Source: Klebsormidium nitens (lineage: Eukaryota; Plantae; Klebsormidiophyceae). Taken from it: a DNA stretch of 64,000 bases. The notes beneath the pieces were generated by a model. The model searched no databases, had not been told where the DNA came from, and saw only the letters and a program-made list of their open reading frames with translations. Positions 1-11,516 of this stretch are shown here, one piece after another. The stretch spans positions 124,001-188,000 of the forward strand of contig DF236968.1 of NCBI GenBank assembly GCA_000708835.1, given 5' to 3'. The position numbers and the translations under genes are program-made. Position 1 is the stretch's first letter. Each line of letters starts with the position of its first letter.

Positions 1-176
1 GAAAGGTCGGAGAAGATGGATGAGGACCCGTGTCACTCAAGTAGACTGAGAAGGACCCTAAGCTTCGCACCTGAATGCCCTTTCGTCTTCTGAAGACGGC
101 TTGGATTGGTGCGATCAAGAACTCTCTCTACCACTGAGAGACAGAGTTATCAGGAACCAACAAAAGATTTCAATGA

Positions 177-3100
177 TTACCAACTGAAAAATTCGGTTTC
201 GACTCCCGTTGACAGTCGTACTGGTCCTGAACCACCAAGAAGTAATCTCTTCTTTGCCTGCCCTGCTGGCCACAACCGTTGGACCAACCCCTGCTAACGT
301 TACTCGCCAGTCTGACGCCCACGCCTCACCAAAAGTGAGACAGACGTCGGCAAAGCTCGGTGACGTCACCCTACCTGCTGTGACGGGCCGGCAATGACGA
401 ACAACCTCTCCAGGCGCGGCAACGCCGTACGTTATTGGGCAGTGAGCGTCACACGAACAGCAGAAAGAGGACGCCGAAAACACCCGGCAAAACGGCTGTT
501 GTCATCATACCTGCCACTGACATGCCCCAAAACTCCGATCTCATACAACGTGCATGAGAAAGACGGGCCGCTCTCTCGTGCAGCACCTCTGTGCATACTT
601 TGAGCAAAGAACGTCTCACGGAAAAGCAGTCTCATGGAAACGCACGAGCGGACGCCGAAACCAGAAGATGCTCCGCAAATCCGCTGACGTCACCGTTACT
701 ACCCCTACCTGATGTGGCGCGCGAGGAGATGACGCTCCGCTCTTCAAATGCGGCACCACTGTGCATGTTCGGGGTACTGAGCGTCTCATTGAAACGCACC
801 AGCCGACGCAAACACACAAGATGCCCGACATATTCGCTGACGTCACAAACACGACCCTACCTGTTGCGGCGCGCGAGGAGATGGCGCTCCGCTCTCCAGA
901 TGCGGCACCGCTGTGCCGTTGGCGCGGTCTCCCGCGGAAGGCCCTGCCGGCGGCGCGGCCGCCAACTCCTGGGGCTCGTCCGCCTCTGCGGCGCCGTCGG
1001 ACGGCCGGTTTACGAGGCCCATCAGCTCCAGGATCGCGTCGTGATCCAGCATCTTGTACGGGGTGCTGCGGAAGTGGAGTGGGGGAAGTTTGAGCAGAGG
1101 GCGAGAAGAGAAGGTACAGCTCTTTGCGTCAAACCTGCCATCGGGTTTGAAACGCTCCGAGCATAGTTCCTGATCTTCGACCGTTCGATCAACGACAACG
1201 AATCCATCGGACGGCTCGATATCAGGGACCATGCTCGGAGAAAGTGGAACTCGACGTCAAGTTTGACGCGAACACCTGTAACTCGAACCCTCGGTCGCAA
1301 AGAAAGCGACATTGGCGATTTGGTGGCGTAAACTTTTCAGGGCCGGAAAGTTCTTATGGACGACCACGTGATCTCCTTAAGCTGAAGGTGTCGGGACGCC
1401 GTCAATCGAGGGAGCCCTAAAGTTGAAACTATGATTCTTAAACCTCAGATGATGGGTCGACGTGCGCTCATTTGTCGAAGTCAAAATACACAATCACCCT
1501 ACGCTTCCTCACCGTACGCTTCCTAACCCTCATCCCAACCCAAACCCGAAATCCAACGGACGCTCACTCGTTGAAGTCGAAGTGCACCAGCTGCATGAGC
1601 AGATCGGAAAGATTCTGAAACACTATTACTATAAAGCTTCCTAACCCTCATCCAAACCCTACCCTAACACTAACACTAACCCTAACCCTACTCTAAACCT
1701 AACCTTCGAAATACGGGTCAAGATTCGCTCACTCGTTGAAATCGAAGTGCACCAGCTGCATGTCCTCCGAGATCTCAACCTCCACCGTCGCCTGCGGCTT
1801 CGTCTGCGGAAAGGGACGAATGACGTCAGGGTGACGTCAGCCGGGCCTGAAGCACGAGCGAGAATCGTACAGAGCCCTCCAAAGACTGGGCTTCGCAAAG
1901 GGAAGGCCGTCCAAGGCGAATCATAAGGGTTGAGCGGTGAATTTTTCGAAACGGTTACTCAAGGTACCTCTTCTATTTCTTGGCTACAGTTGCATACAGA
2001 ACCTGAACGAAACACAAAACCGAAGAGGTCGCCCGCTCAGCAGAGAAGTATGCCAGGGTGTCAACGAAGATTTGACTCTTCGACTTCGCGTCTCCTGACG
2101 CTGGTTAAAGCTTAACCCACTTGATGCGAGTGAAGACTACCCCAACCTGACGCTTTTCTACCACAACCCGGACTTAACCCTCAATTCGGGCGCCCGACCA
2201 TTACAAGACGACTCCAGATTTACGGCGACCCTTCACGCGTCGACTTCAACGTACTGCTTCTAGAGTCCAGCAAAAAGCAGTTGATTGTAGCGTGTTGTAA
2301 CGGAGACACTCTTCCAAGAGCAGTAACAAACGAGGACGGTATTCATCAAGTGTAACGCTTGGGTCGCCCGAGGTGGTCGAACGTACCAAGATATACTGTT
2401 CTACATCGAAGGCGCAGAGATAGAAAGCTCTACGCTCATACAAAAAAGTAATACTTTTGACTGAACGAGCACGTTTGACATCAGTGCTTATTTTGCTTTT
2501 ATTATTATTTGGGAGTGTCTAGCATTCTTTTTTGCAAACAAGTAATCGTCCAGAACAATTGCTCACCTTTATCAGGACGAACGGGAAGGCGATGCCCTCG
2601 CCGGGCCCCTCTCCCTGGCCGTGTAACCGCTGGTTCTGCATAACTAGATTCTCGTACGATCCAAACTGCTGGTGCAGGCTCCCTAGGTAGCGCTGCTTCT
2701 TGGCCATCTGCTCTTCCACGCGGGACTTCTCATCCTGCAGATGATGATATGATGACGATTGTAATGTCGTCATCATATGAAATGACATCATCATGGAATG
2801 CCATGATTGTAAGTGTCATTGCTAATAGACTGAACATGAACATCAACATCTTGGCCATCTGCTCTTCCGGGCGGGACTTCTCGTCCTGCGCGACGAAACA
2901 ACATAAGATTAACGCTCAGAATGGATAAGTGCTACCGGAAAGTAACACGCGGCCGCTTGATACCCGCCGATCCATGCACAAAAGCGAGCCTCCGCGGTAT
3001 CCTCTTGACGAGAAGCTTCTCCGCATTCGTTCTTGATCAAAGAGGGACCTGGAGGTCAATTCGAGATTTGGTGCGACCAATCCTCTGACACGACATTTTT

Positions 3101-6100
3101 CACTCGAACTTGATTGCTTTAGATAGTTGAAAGCAATCTGCAAGGACGGGACGGCTTCTTCGGACGCGTTGGTAATTCGTCCTCTTCAGGCTGCTCGTTG
3201 CTACCATCTAGGTCAAGCTATTACGAGGCAGTTAATCCCCACCTTGAGCATTCCAATGTCGGCTACTGCGGCGGACGGCAGCCCCCGCCAGTGGATCTCC
3301 TTCTTGTCCTTGACGATGATGTCCAAGGCCATCAGCACGTTGAGGGCGTCGTACACGCGCCGCCGGATGTTCTTCTCGTCGTACGACTGCGGACATGCGC
3401 GAGGGAATGAGTTCAGACGCGTCCGAAATGGTCGCAGACCGTGGGAAGAAGATGGATTGCAGGTTAGTCGGTGACTCCGGCTGCGAGAGTGTCTGAACGA
3501 AGCGGAGTCCGGTAAGAAGGAATACCGCAATACCTGCGGACGTTGCGGACGCTTTGCAGCTGATGATCGTCCGAAAATGCTGGACGTCCAAAAGGAGACA
3601 ACGGTTGCAATAAAGGAAACGTCCGGCAGGGGGTATTCCGTCTGAGACTGGGGCGGCGAGGGGGAACCAAAGCATAAGGCCCAAATTTTAGGTACAGCTG
3701 TTTGCGTGAAACTTGCCACGGTCACCTCCAAGCCAAAACCCTCCTTAATTGATCTTGGACCGTCCGATCAACGAAAGCTGGCCAATCGGACGGGATTCAG
3801 ATCGTGAGATTTGCGGGTTGGCAGCTTTTGAGGGCGGCAATTTCGCGCAGATTCTCATGTAAGACACGACAGGATCGCGAAGTCTGCAAGCAAGGGGGAA
3901 GCAGGACACTAGACCACTCGCTGTGGATGTTGTGTCCACAACCAGTGGTCCAGGTCGTCGTTTCTGTAACACCCTCATAGGTCCTGGATTCAGAAGAAAG
4001 AGGTTCCTAGGACTTGCCTGATCTGAAGGAGAGTTCATCGCCCCCGCTTCTGCAATCTCCCGAACCAACTCATCGGCAACCTGCGTATGGAAAAGCGATG
4101 CTAAATCGATCAGTGATATGGATGCTTCCACGAGATGATTGCCTCTGAACAACGCCGCGGATCTAGTTGGTGCTAAGAGCGCAAGCTTGCGTTGGGACAA
4201 ACAGGTGGATGGTGCCAAATTGAGACGCATGGGAAACCACGAATTGGATCGTGTGCACAGCTTTTGACGGATAGGTCCAGATCTTTTCAGCCCGGTGCTA
4301 CGACTAATCTCTTGAAAGTGTGCATCATCGCTAGAGTGAGGAATTTCCGAGTCCGTCAGACTCGGTCCGCTTTTTGCTGGTTACAATGGAAACGGACTTG
4401 GAAGCCCGTTCCAGACCAACTGAAGCAATAATCCTCAGGGTCCTATCGATGCTTACCTCGTTGTACGTCGTCCTTCCTTTCTCCTCTACCTTCTCGCAGA
4501 CTGCATGGAGCAAGGGGATGAGACATCGTAAGTCGCTCGCTCGGGCATAGAGTTGGCGACTGACGGAAACTTGCGGAACAACATTCTAAGCAGTTTGAGG
4601 CGAAATCCTGACCCCCCGCGTTGAAACAAAGCGATCTGATCCCGTCTCGATCACAGAGGACCAAATCTTGAGTATGCGTATGCACGAGAAAAGCCCCTGA
4701 ACGCAATCGCAAGTCCCCTTGGGGAATGCAGAAGAGAGTAATATAAAGTGGTTATGAAGTAGATAAGAATAACTTTGATCCGATAACAAAGCAATTTTAA
4801 CGTGATCATGAAGTAATTATAATGTAACCAGTTTCCGGCGCTCGCGGTTGTAATTCCAAGGAAAGTCCGGCCGCTCGAAGCTTTTAGGTGGTCCGGATTC
4901 GCACCCGCGGAAACCCACCTTTCAAACTGAAGTGCCGCAACCCCTTGCTGGCCTTGTCGCCGCCCCTCGACCCGCCCCGCCGCGCACCCCGCCTACTGCA
5001 TCAGAACACAATCGTAGTCGTCTTTGACAGGTACGAGAATGTTTTGAGCCGAGTTGTGGATTGAATTGAGAACGGAGATGGGAACGGAGAAAGGGGCAAC
5101 ATGCACGTAACCGAATTGGAGATGCCAGTTTGTGTTGATTGTGAACAATTCCGTGTCGAGAAGTAGCCTCTGGGTGCTTGAAACCGCTGCAAAGAGGTTC
5201 GTTTTCGCAAAATATGATTGAACTGCGGGCTTCGGTTTGTACGGTTGAAGGCGACAACGAGGAAGAGTGTAAGGCGATGTAGGTTCGAGCGCCAGGTGGC
5301 AAGCCCAACTCAGCAAGCCGACTGTCCTGGTCAGCGTCATGTCACTGAAGTAAGCTCATCTAGCGCTTGGTTTGGCGTAGCAATGTTAGGCGCAACTACA
5401 ATGACGTTCCACGGAGTATAGTTCGAAAGCGGAGAGTACTACGAAAGCGTAGAGCACATTCAAAGCGGCAAGGACTCAGTATCTCATCTCCCTACTGTTC
5501 CATACTTTGAAGCGATCCTACCAATACGGAAACTTTTGTTTGTGGATGTACACCCGTCTGGTTCCTCCAAAGAGACTCACTCTGCAGCATCGGCCCCCTG
5601 CTGCTGATCCCTCGACACTATCTCCCGGAACGACATCCGGGGGGCTGGCGACGGGGCCACTCGTACCCCCCCGGGAGGAAGTGGTAGCCTGCCGTCCTGC
5701 TTCACCGGGCTGCCATACTCACGAGGGGGATACTGAGCATAGGCTGCGTCGGGGGGGGGTCCGAACATGGGGATGCTTCCGGGGGGCGCGTTTTGAGGGT
5801 TGCCCATGTAGTGAATGACAGGCCGGTTGCCGGAAGGCCCTGTAGGATTCGCGGCAATCTTGTATGTTTTCTCGTTTCCCATCGTTTGCAATTCTGGTTG
5901 AAAACCCGTCTTCATTCATTTTCATTACGATTTTTCCATTGCTGATGCTAATGTCCGTTTTCTTTAGTTTTCGCGTCTGCTCAAATTGTCATAGACATCC
6001 AAAGTCAAACCGTGCCTTTTGAGATGCGGGCATCTCGCTTTAAACTCCTAGGACACAGAAAAAAACACCTTTTGGTCATCCTTCGTACGATGAAAGTACC

Positions 6101-7049
6101 TTCTGAGGCTTTGGAAACTGTTGCAGAACGAGGACGAAAACGCCCTTCAAACCACTTACGCCGTCAAGCAACAAGCTTCCATTTCAAGTCACAATACCAA
6201 CTTTCCCTGGCATTCCCAGGACAAAAGATGATTGACCCTTATCTGTTCCTAGGGGCCATAGCAACCTTCCCTTTCAATAGGAGCATCACCTTTCATATTC
6301 GGTCAAGCACCCAAAGAAGATGTGTCCCATATTTTGATGCCGAGCGGAGGTGAAAAGGCTAAGTGGCTTTCAGTAAGTGCGTGCACTTTTCAGAAGCGTC
6401 TATTGAGCCCAGACTGAGATTCCCGACAGACGATAGGTGCCCAATCATCTGAAAGCAAACAGGATTAGAAATACGGAAAGTAGACTTGTGGATAAAAGTG
6501 CGCTGCGTTTCTTTCTTCTTTGTGTGCATACAGGGGTCAACCGCTTTTGGTCAGCACAACCAACGTGCTAAGGATTCCAGAAGATTAAGGGGAGAAGGAA
6601 AAGAAGAAGAAGCAAAAGAAGAAGAAGAACTTCAAGAAGATCAAGATGAAGAAACAAAAGATCCTCACACTGGTGACTCTAGACCACAACAACAACATAC
6701 TCAAAAGGCCTGTAGCTGTGTTTGAGAAGCGCATCGCCTCACTCTTCCGTGCACTTCCGGGGTCCTCCTTGATCAGCCCAAACCCCGCCGCCACCCCCTC
6801 TAGCCCCTGCTCATAGAATTCCCGCTGCAGATCTTGCAACATGCCGCCGCCACTTGGCGGCCCCCCATTGGGCCCCCCGCTCCTCGGCTGCGGTGGGTTG
6901 CTTCTTTTAGCTGGGCTCTCCATTCGACGAGGGGTTTGCGGCTGTTGCTGGTTTTGGGGACGTTGGGATTGCTGGTGCGGTTTTTGCGGGTGAGGGATCT
7001 GGGGAAGCGGTTGCGGGTCTTGTGGAGCGAGGAGCTGTGATTGGCTCAT
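177..7049 (-). CDS. DP: E2F dimerization partner (DP) transcription factor, ~483 aa, 10 exons
   Basis: Phase-consistent exons: 7049-6743, 5839-5581, 4995-4919, 4500-4457, 4080-4018, 3386-3243, 2734-2567, 1803-1733, 1065-861, and a tentative last exon 290-177. Spliced product contains [53 protein letters not shown] and [23 protein letters not shown], which are DP DNA-binding and dimerization motifs. Exons 1, 2 and 10 are less certain; an in-frame stop at 843 is the alternative end. Confidence 0.93.
330..915 (-). repeat. Tandem copies of DP exon 9 3' end plus donor site (live copy and 3 decayed copies)
   Basis: Exon-end/GTAGGG-type donor at 861, 709, 511 and 375. The 709 copy reads [19 protein letters not shown]|GTAGGG against the live [19 protein letters not shown]|GTAGGG. 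Confidence 0.8.
1462..1735 (-). repeat. Tandem copies of DP exon 8 3' end plus donor, interleaved with degenerate telomere-like CCCTAA repeats
   Basis: cgctcactcgttgaa(a/g)tcgaagtgcaccagctgcatg occurs at 1726-1762 (live) and 1561-1597 (copy), with a degenerate third copy near 1465. Runs such as ctaacactaacactaaccctaaccctactctaaacctaacc lie at 1639-1705 and 1520-1555. Confidence 0.85.
2741..2890 (-). repeat. Copy of DP exon 7 acceptor plus 5' end, separated from the exon by an ATG/TCA-rich microsatellite
   Basis: gcgcag|GAC GAG AAG TCC CGC CCG GAA GAG CAG ATG GCC AAG starts at 2885, versus the live ctgcag|GAT GAG AAG TCC CGC GTG GAA GAG CAG ATG GCC AAG at 2734. Confidence 0.85.
6595..6660 (+). 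repeat. Imperfect (AAG)n microsatellite in DP intron 1
   Basis: aagaagaagaagcaaaagaagaagaagaacttcaagaagatcaagatgaagaa read directly. Confidence 0.8.
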
Positions 7050-8886
7050 GGAGACTTGCGAGTCCTACGCCAGCTATGAGATGCTGATTGAGCTGCAGAA
7101 AAAGAACGCACTAGTTTCACACATTTACAACGTGGGGGCCTGAGACCATGCTGATCAGATTTGGACATGGCTGATCAAAAGGGTTTGGGCTCCAAGTAAT
7201 CAGCAGATCAATACTCGGGTTGTAAGAACCTCGTACATCTTGAGATGTAGAAGGATCCTCAATGACTCCTCTTTTCCCCTTGAGGATAAAGAAGTTGACA
7301 GTATGTATGGTGCGTAGAAGCTAGGGAATGTACTGGTGCAGGACTTAAAAATAAACTTCGAGGCTTTGAAACAGAAAACTTTTGACGTAAAGACGACTCT
7401 CATTGAAAAGTACTGGAATCTCAACGGGATCTTCTGGACTGAGCTGACTCAGATGGGTTTGACCGGTTCATGAGGGCCCTCAGCATCCTGGTCACAGAGC
7501 GGGGACTGGTCGTGCGATCGCTAAGATAGAGAAACCGCTTTGAAGCTTAAGCATTTCAGCAATATGGGAAGACAATGGGCAGACGGAGTGCTACAGTCAA
7601 CCACAAGAGCAGCTGGAAAGCACTGCAGAAGAGGAAGATAACATTCTAATAGCAGTTGAGACTTGGATTATTACATCGTGGGGTTTGAAGAAGAGCCTGC
7701 TCAGAGTAAGCTTACAAGCCCGGGTCTTTTAACGCTCAAACTCACTACCCTCCATCAGAAGAATTGCCGGCTGGTTCTACAGGCCCCCCTTCGCAACAAA
7801 GATCTGGAAGGTTTCGAGCATCACAAGTTCTGCAGAAATAGAGAACCCAGTCATTGATTCTACACCTTTGTTGATGTGGATACACCTCCTCTACTTTCTT
7901 ATTGGTAGGTCCTTGAAAACCCAAGTGAAGGATCTGAACATGCAAGTATATGCAACATGTTTGAACAGAAAACAAAGTAATTGAATGGGCATGATCCTCA
8001 CCTTCAGACTGTGTGAGAGCATATCCCGCGATGCAATTGCCGTGTCCTCTTCATCTCTTCTCGCGCACTGATGTGGACCTTCACCTTACATGGTGCCTGC
8101 TTCAGAAAGTCAGTTGGTATATCCTCGTCAATCTAAAGAGGAGACTCAACAGGTTTCTACGCCATAAGTGAAAATGTGACAGTTGCAATTGCCCGAACTT
8201 TAGTTCAGTTGCCGTTCCGAATCAAAGCGTCTAAGGCTGACCAGTGGCAACTTTCGTCCGACTTTCAGCAGAACTTCCTAGACGTCGAAGAAAAGGGGTT
8301 TGTCAAGGAAGATACCTCCTCACAATCTTCCACCCCTTCCCCCAGTCTGCCCTCCTCCTTTCCGAGTCTGCCCTTCCTTATCTGGCACTGCAGCTCTGCT
8401 CGCATTGTCCTATCCTGACGCAAGTTTGAGAACTGGTACGGTGGACAATCCCTTTGTCGCATCGGCAGCGAACTGGTTCTCGATGGGGATCACGCTTCAC
8501 CGAATTCAGAATTTCCCCTCCAATTTTGATGCGATCAGAAACCTATTACCGCTGCACGCCATTATCGCGCGTGATTGGAGGCGGGCAGCTGGTAAAGCGG
8601 TCGGAACTCCAAGCGTTTGTATACGCACCCCTAGTTCCCAGCGGCCATTTCTTTCTTCACAGGTCCTTCCTGCAGGCTTCATTCTGTCATTCTCATTGTT
8701 GTTGCTTTGTAGGGCGGCAGAACCTGTGCAGGAAACGTGAAAGAAGGCACAGTAATTTGGAAGCACCAGGAAAAAGGTCTGCCTTTGTTTCGATACTCTC
8801 CGCTGTGGTCACTTTGAATATATAGAGCACTTAGAACAAGACAGGGGCGCATCCTGAGCCGCAACTTTGGTCTTTTGTTCAGCGGG

Positions 8887-10410
8887 ATGGCGCCCTCAAG
8901 GGATCCCTTCCAGCGTCTGCCAGAGCCTGTCCTTGCTCTCGTTCTCTCACGCCTCTCCAATGCCAGGGACATTGCGAACGCAGCCTGCTGCTGCAGCAAA
9001 TGGGCAGAAACCGTTTGGGGGGCCATCACGAGCCTCTCTGTGAAGAGCGGGGACTTTGAAACAATCACTGAGTTTGAGTTAGTGGTAACCCGCATGGTCA
9101 CCAAGGCGAGGCAGCTGGAGAAGTTGTCAATAACCAACCGGTTCGACCGCCCGCTGAACGAGGCGTGCGTGATGTCATGGATTCAGCTGTGCCCTGGGCT
9201 CCAGCACATCGAGCTCGTGGACAGGGAAAGCTGCGATCCAGAGGAAACCCTGGTTGACCGGCGGTTTCAAACCTTGGCCAAGTGCAAAACCCTAAAAGGC
9301 TTAAGCCTGGAGTATCGCCGGAGGCAGCGGTCTCTCGACGCGGAGCTGAGCTGGCACCTCCGCCTGCCGTCTCACGCCTTCGCTTCGCTGACGAGGATTG
9401 AGCTCAATGGCCTGACGGCGTGCACCGAGTCGTTGGAAGAGATAGTCCAGCATTGCCCGCTCTTAGAACACTTGCACCTCAGTCAGATAATGAGCCCAGC
9501 AGGCAGTCGCCTCCGGCTCGACGCCCCGTCTCTAGTTTGCTTCAAGTTCTCAGTCTTCCTCCAGCCGTTGGATTTCGACCCCGACCGGTGCATCGACAAG
9601 ATCCAGCTGTGGGCTCCAAAGCTGCGCGACGCCGAGATCGCGCATGTTAGGGGGCTGAAACTTTTGGGGGGGGCGCGCCTGCAGACCCTGACACTCAGGG
9701 AGTGTCCGCGGGGGAACTTGTTCGAGATCGGCGACAAGTCGCAGCTGCGGGAGCTGAGCGTCTTGGATGGCGCCGATAACTTTTACATCGCAAATCCTTC
9801 GTCGGTTTACCACTACGAGGAGCTCGAGTGGGCGGGCGCCACGCTCTGGGACCTCGTCTTCGGCTGCTCGGCCCTCAAGGTTCTAGATCTAGACGTGCAT
9901 TGTGCGGGGAGGGAGGGCGAGAGGCTGGGCACTGTGAGCGTGCCGGAGTTCTTCAAGCAGTTGCCCGCGCTGATTGATCTTCATGTCAAGGACTCGTTTC
10001 TACAGTTCCTGCGGGGGCCGCAGGACCGAAGCTGGACGCGGGCGCACTTCTCGGGCGTGCGTAAGTTTCCGGGGCTCCAGCGGTTGGCCGTGCGCGTTCC
10101 GGATTCTTGGTCCTCGTCGAGGCTGGGGCAGGTGATGCATTTCTTGCAGTACCTGTGCGGCGTCTGCCCGCGGCTCGCTGAGGTCATCGTGGACTGCAAC
10201 GAGCGGTCAATTGCGGGACTGGATGCGGGCTTCTTCCGGAGCCTTCTGGTCGTGCAGCGGAAGTTTCCCGGTGTGAAGTTCGATTTCAAGGTCGAAAAGG
10301 AGTCCAATAGAGCCCGATCTTGGAGCCCCTACTCTGATATGGACGGTTCGTATGATGGGACCCCAAGTAATGCATCTGCAGGATGGCTCACTGATACTGA
10401 CAGCGACTGA
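8887..10410 (+). CDS. F-box/LRR-repeat protein (FBL type), single exon, ~507 aa
   Basis: Uninterrupted ORF. N-terminal F-box (FQRLPEPVLALVLSRLSNARDIANAACCCSKWAE), LRR-like segments (FASLTRIELNG, CPLLEHLHL, LPALIDLHV) and a C-terminal CPRLAEVIV...RKFPGVKFDF. Resembles the plant At1g67190-type FBL proteins as recalled, not searched. Confidence 0.85.
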   Translation: MAPSRDPFQRLPEPVLALVLSRLSNARDIANAACCCSKWAETVWGAITSLSVKSGDFETITEFELVVTRMVTKARQLEKLSITNRFDRPLNEACVMSWIQLCPGLQHIELVDRESCDPEETLVDRRFQTLAKCKTLKGLSLEYRRRQRSLDAELSWHLRLPSHAFASLTRIELNGLTACTESLEEIVQHCPLLEHLHLSQIMSPAGSRLRLDAPSLVCFKFSVFLQPLDFDPDRCIDKIQLWAPKLRDAEIAHVRGLKLLGGARLQTLTLRECPRGNLFEIGDKSQLRELSVLDGADNFYIANPSSVYHYEELEWAGATLWDLVFGCSALKVLDLDVHCAGREGERLGTVSVPEFFKQLPALIDLHVKDSFLQFLRGPQDRSWTRAHFSGVRKFPGLQRLAVRVPDSWSSSRLGQVMHFLQYLCGVCPRLAEVIVDCNERSIAGLDAGFFRSLLVVQRKFPGVKFDFKVEKESNRARSWSPYSDMDGSYDGTPSNASAGWLTDTDSD

Positions 10411-11516
10411 AGCACTTCAGAACATTGTAGAAAACCCCTGTGAAATTTACTCAGTTGGGACTCCGACTTAGGTCGTGGGTTTTGTCGTTAGTGGATATTT
10501 GAAAAGTAACATTTGAAATGCATTCGGAAAGTGCGCTCTCTATATAAGTCAATGGCAGAAAGGAGATCGTCATGAGAGTCTTCTGCTGCGGCAGCTGCTA
10601 TAGATCTTTGCCAGCCGCTCCTCTCGCACCATCTTATTCGCTCATGATGTCATACTTACCACACAATAAGTTGGCCTGAGCTTGCATTAGGCGGCATGCC
10701 ATGTGCCTGGATCGCGGTGCATGTGCACGACTTTCAAATGCGGTCAACCAGCTCATGTTTCAGCTCGATCACATCTGGCATTATGTAATTGTCGGATCGG
10801 ACATGTGCTAGCATTTAGTATGCAGCGCACCTGGCCTTCCACGTATAAAGCTACTCGTTGTTATTCTGAGCCTATACTTGTCTGTGCTGGCCCCGCACCG
10901 CGGTTTGTAGGCGTGGCGGCATGCGCGCTCACTTATATGAACCATCACAACAACAACTTGCCGCATGATATTCAATGTTAGAGCCAATGGGCAGATCTTG
11001 CATTTCATTCATAAAACCACGTGCCTCCTTAAGCAACAAAGTATGAGTCACCGGTTCATGCAAAACTATAAGGGTGATAATCCACGTATAGATGGAAACC
11101 TTACCAACCACTAGACCCAGCAATCGCTGCTAGCTAGGATCAGCGTACTCCAATCCTGGATCGAACTAGAACTTGTCAACCATGCATGCCACAGAACACA
11201 ATAACAAGTAATGCTGCATGCTTTGGATGCTGTTTTGAAACGGGCTCGGTGCTCATCAATCGTGGACCACTTGAGTGATCCTGGTCCCCATCTAAAACCC
11301 TTGAATGTCGCACAAGCGGACAAATAGATCAATTAGAACCAACTCGATCTGGTAAGGCACAAGGGCATGAACGACTTCCAAATCTTGCTACGTCCTCAAG
11401 TCGACTCCCGCAAAAGCAACAACTCGAACCTGTATCCTCAGGCCGCAAGGACGAACCGTTCCTTGCCTGAAATGTAAGCTAGAAACATCACATGATCTAA
11501 GAAGCCGTGCAACTCT

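Noticed and set aside
1520-1705. True telomere or chromosome end
   Set aside because: Short, degenerate and inside an intron of an intact gene.
6486-6725. Plus-strand Glu/Lys-rich ORF after an acceptor-like cag
   Set aside because: Explained by the (AAG)n microsatellite antisense to DP intron 1; no partner exons.
7380-8000. Protein-like fragments between DP and the F-box gene
   Set aside because: Many stops in all frames and no recognisable motif; cannot be called a pseudogene or transposon without a search.
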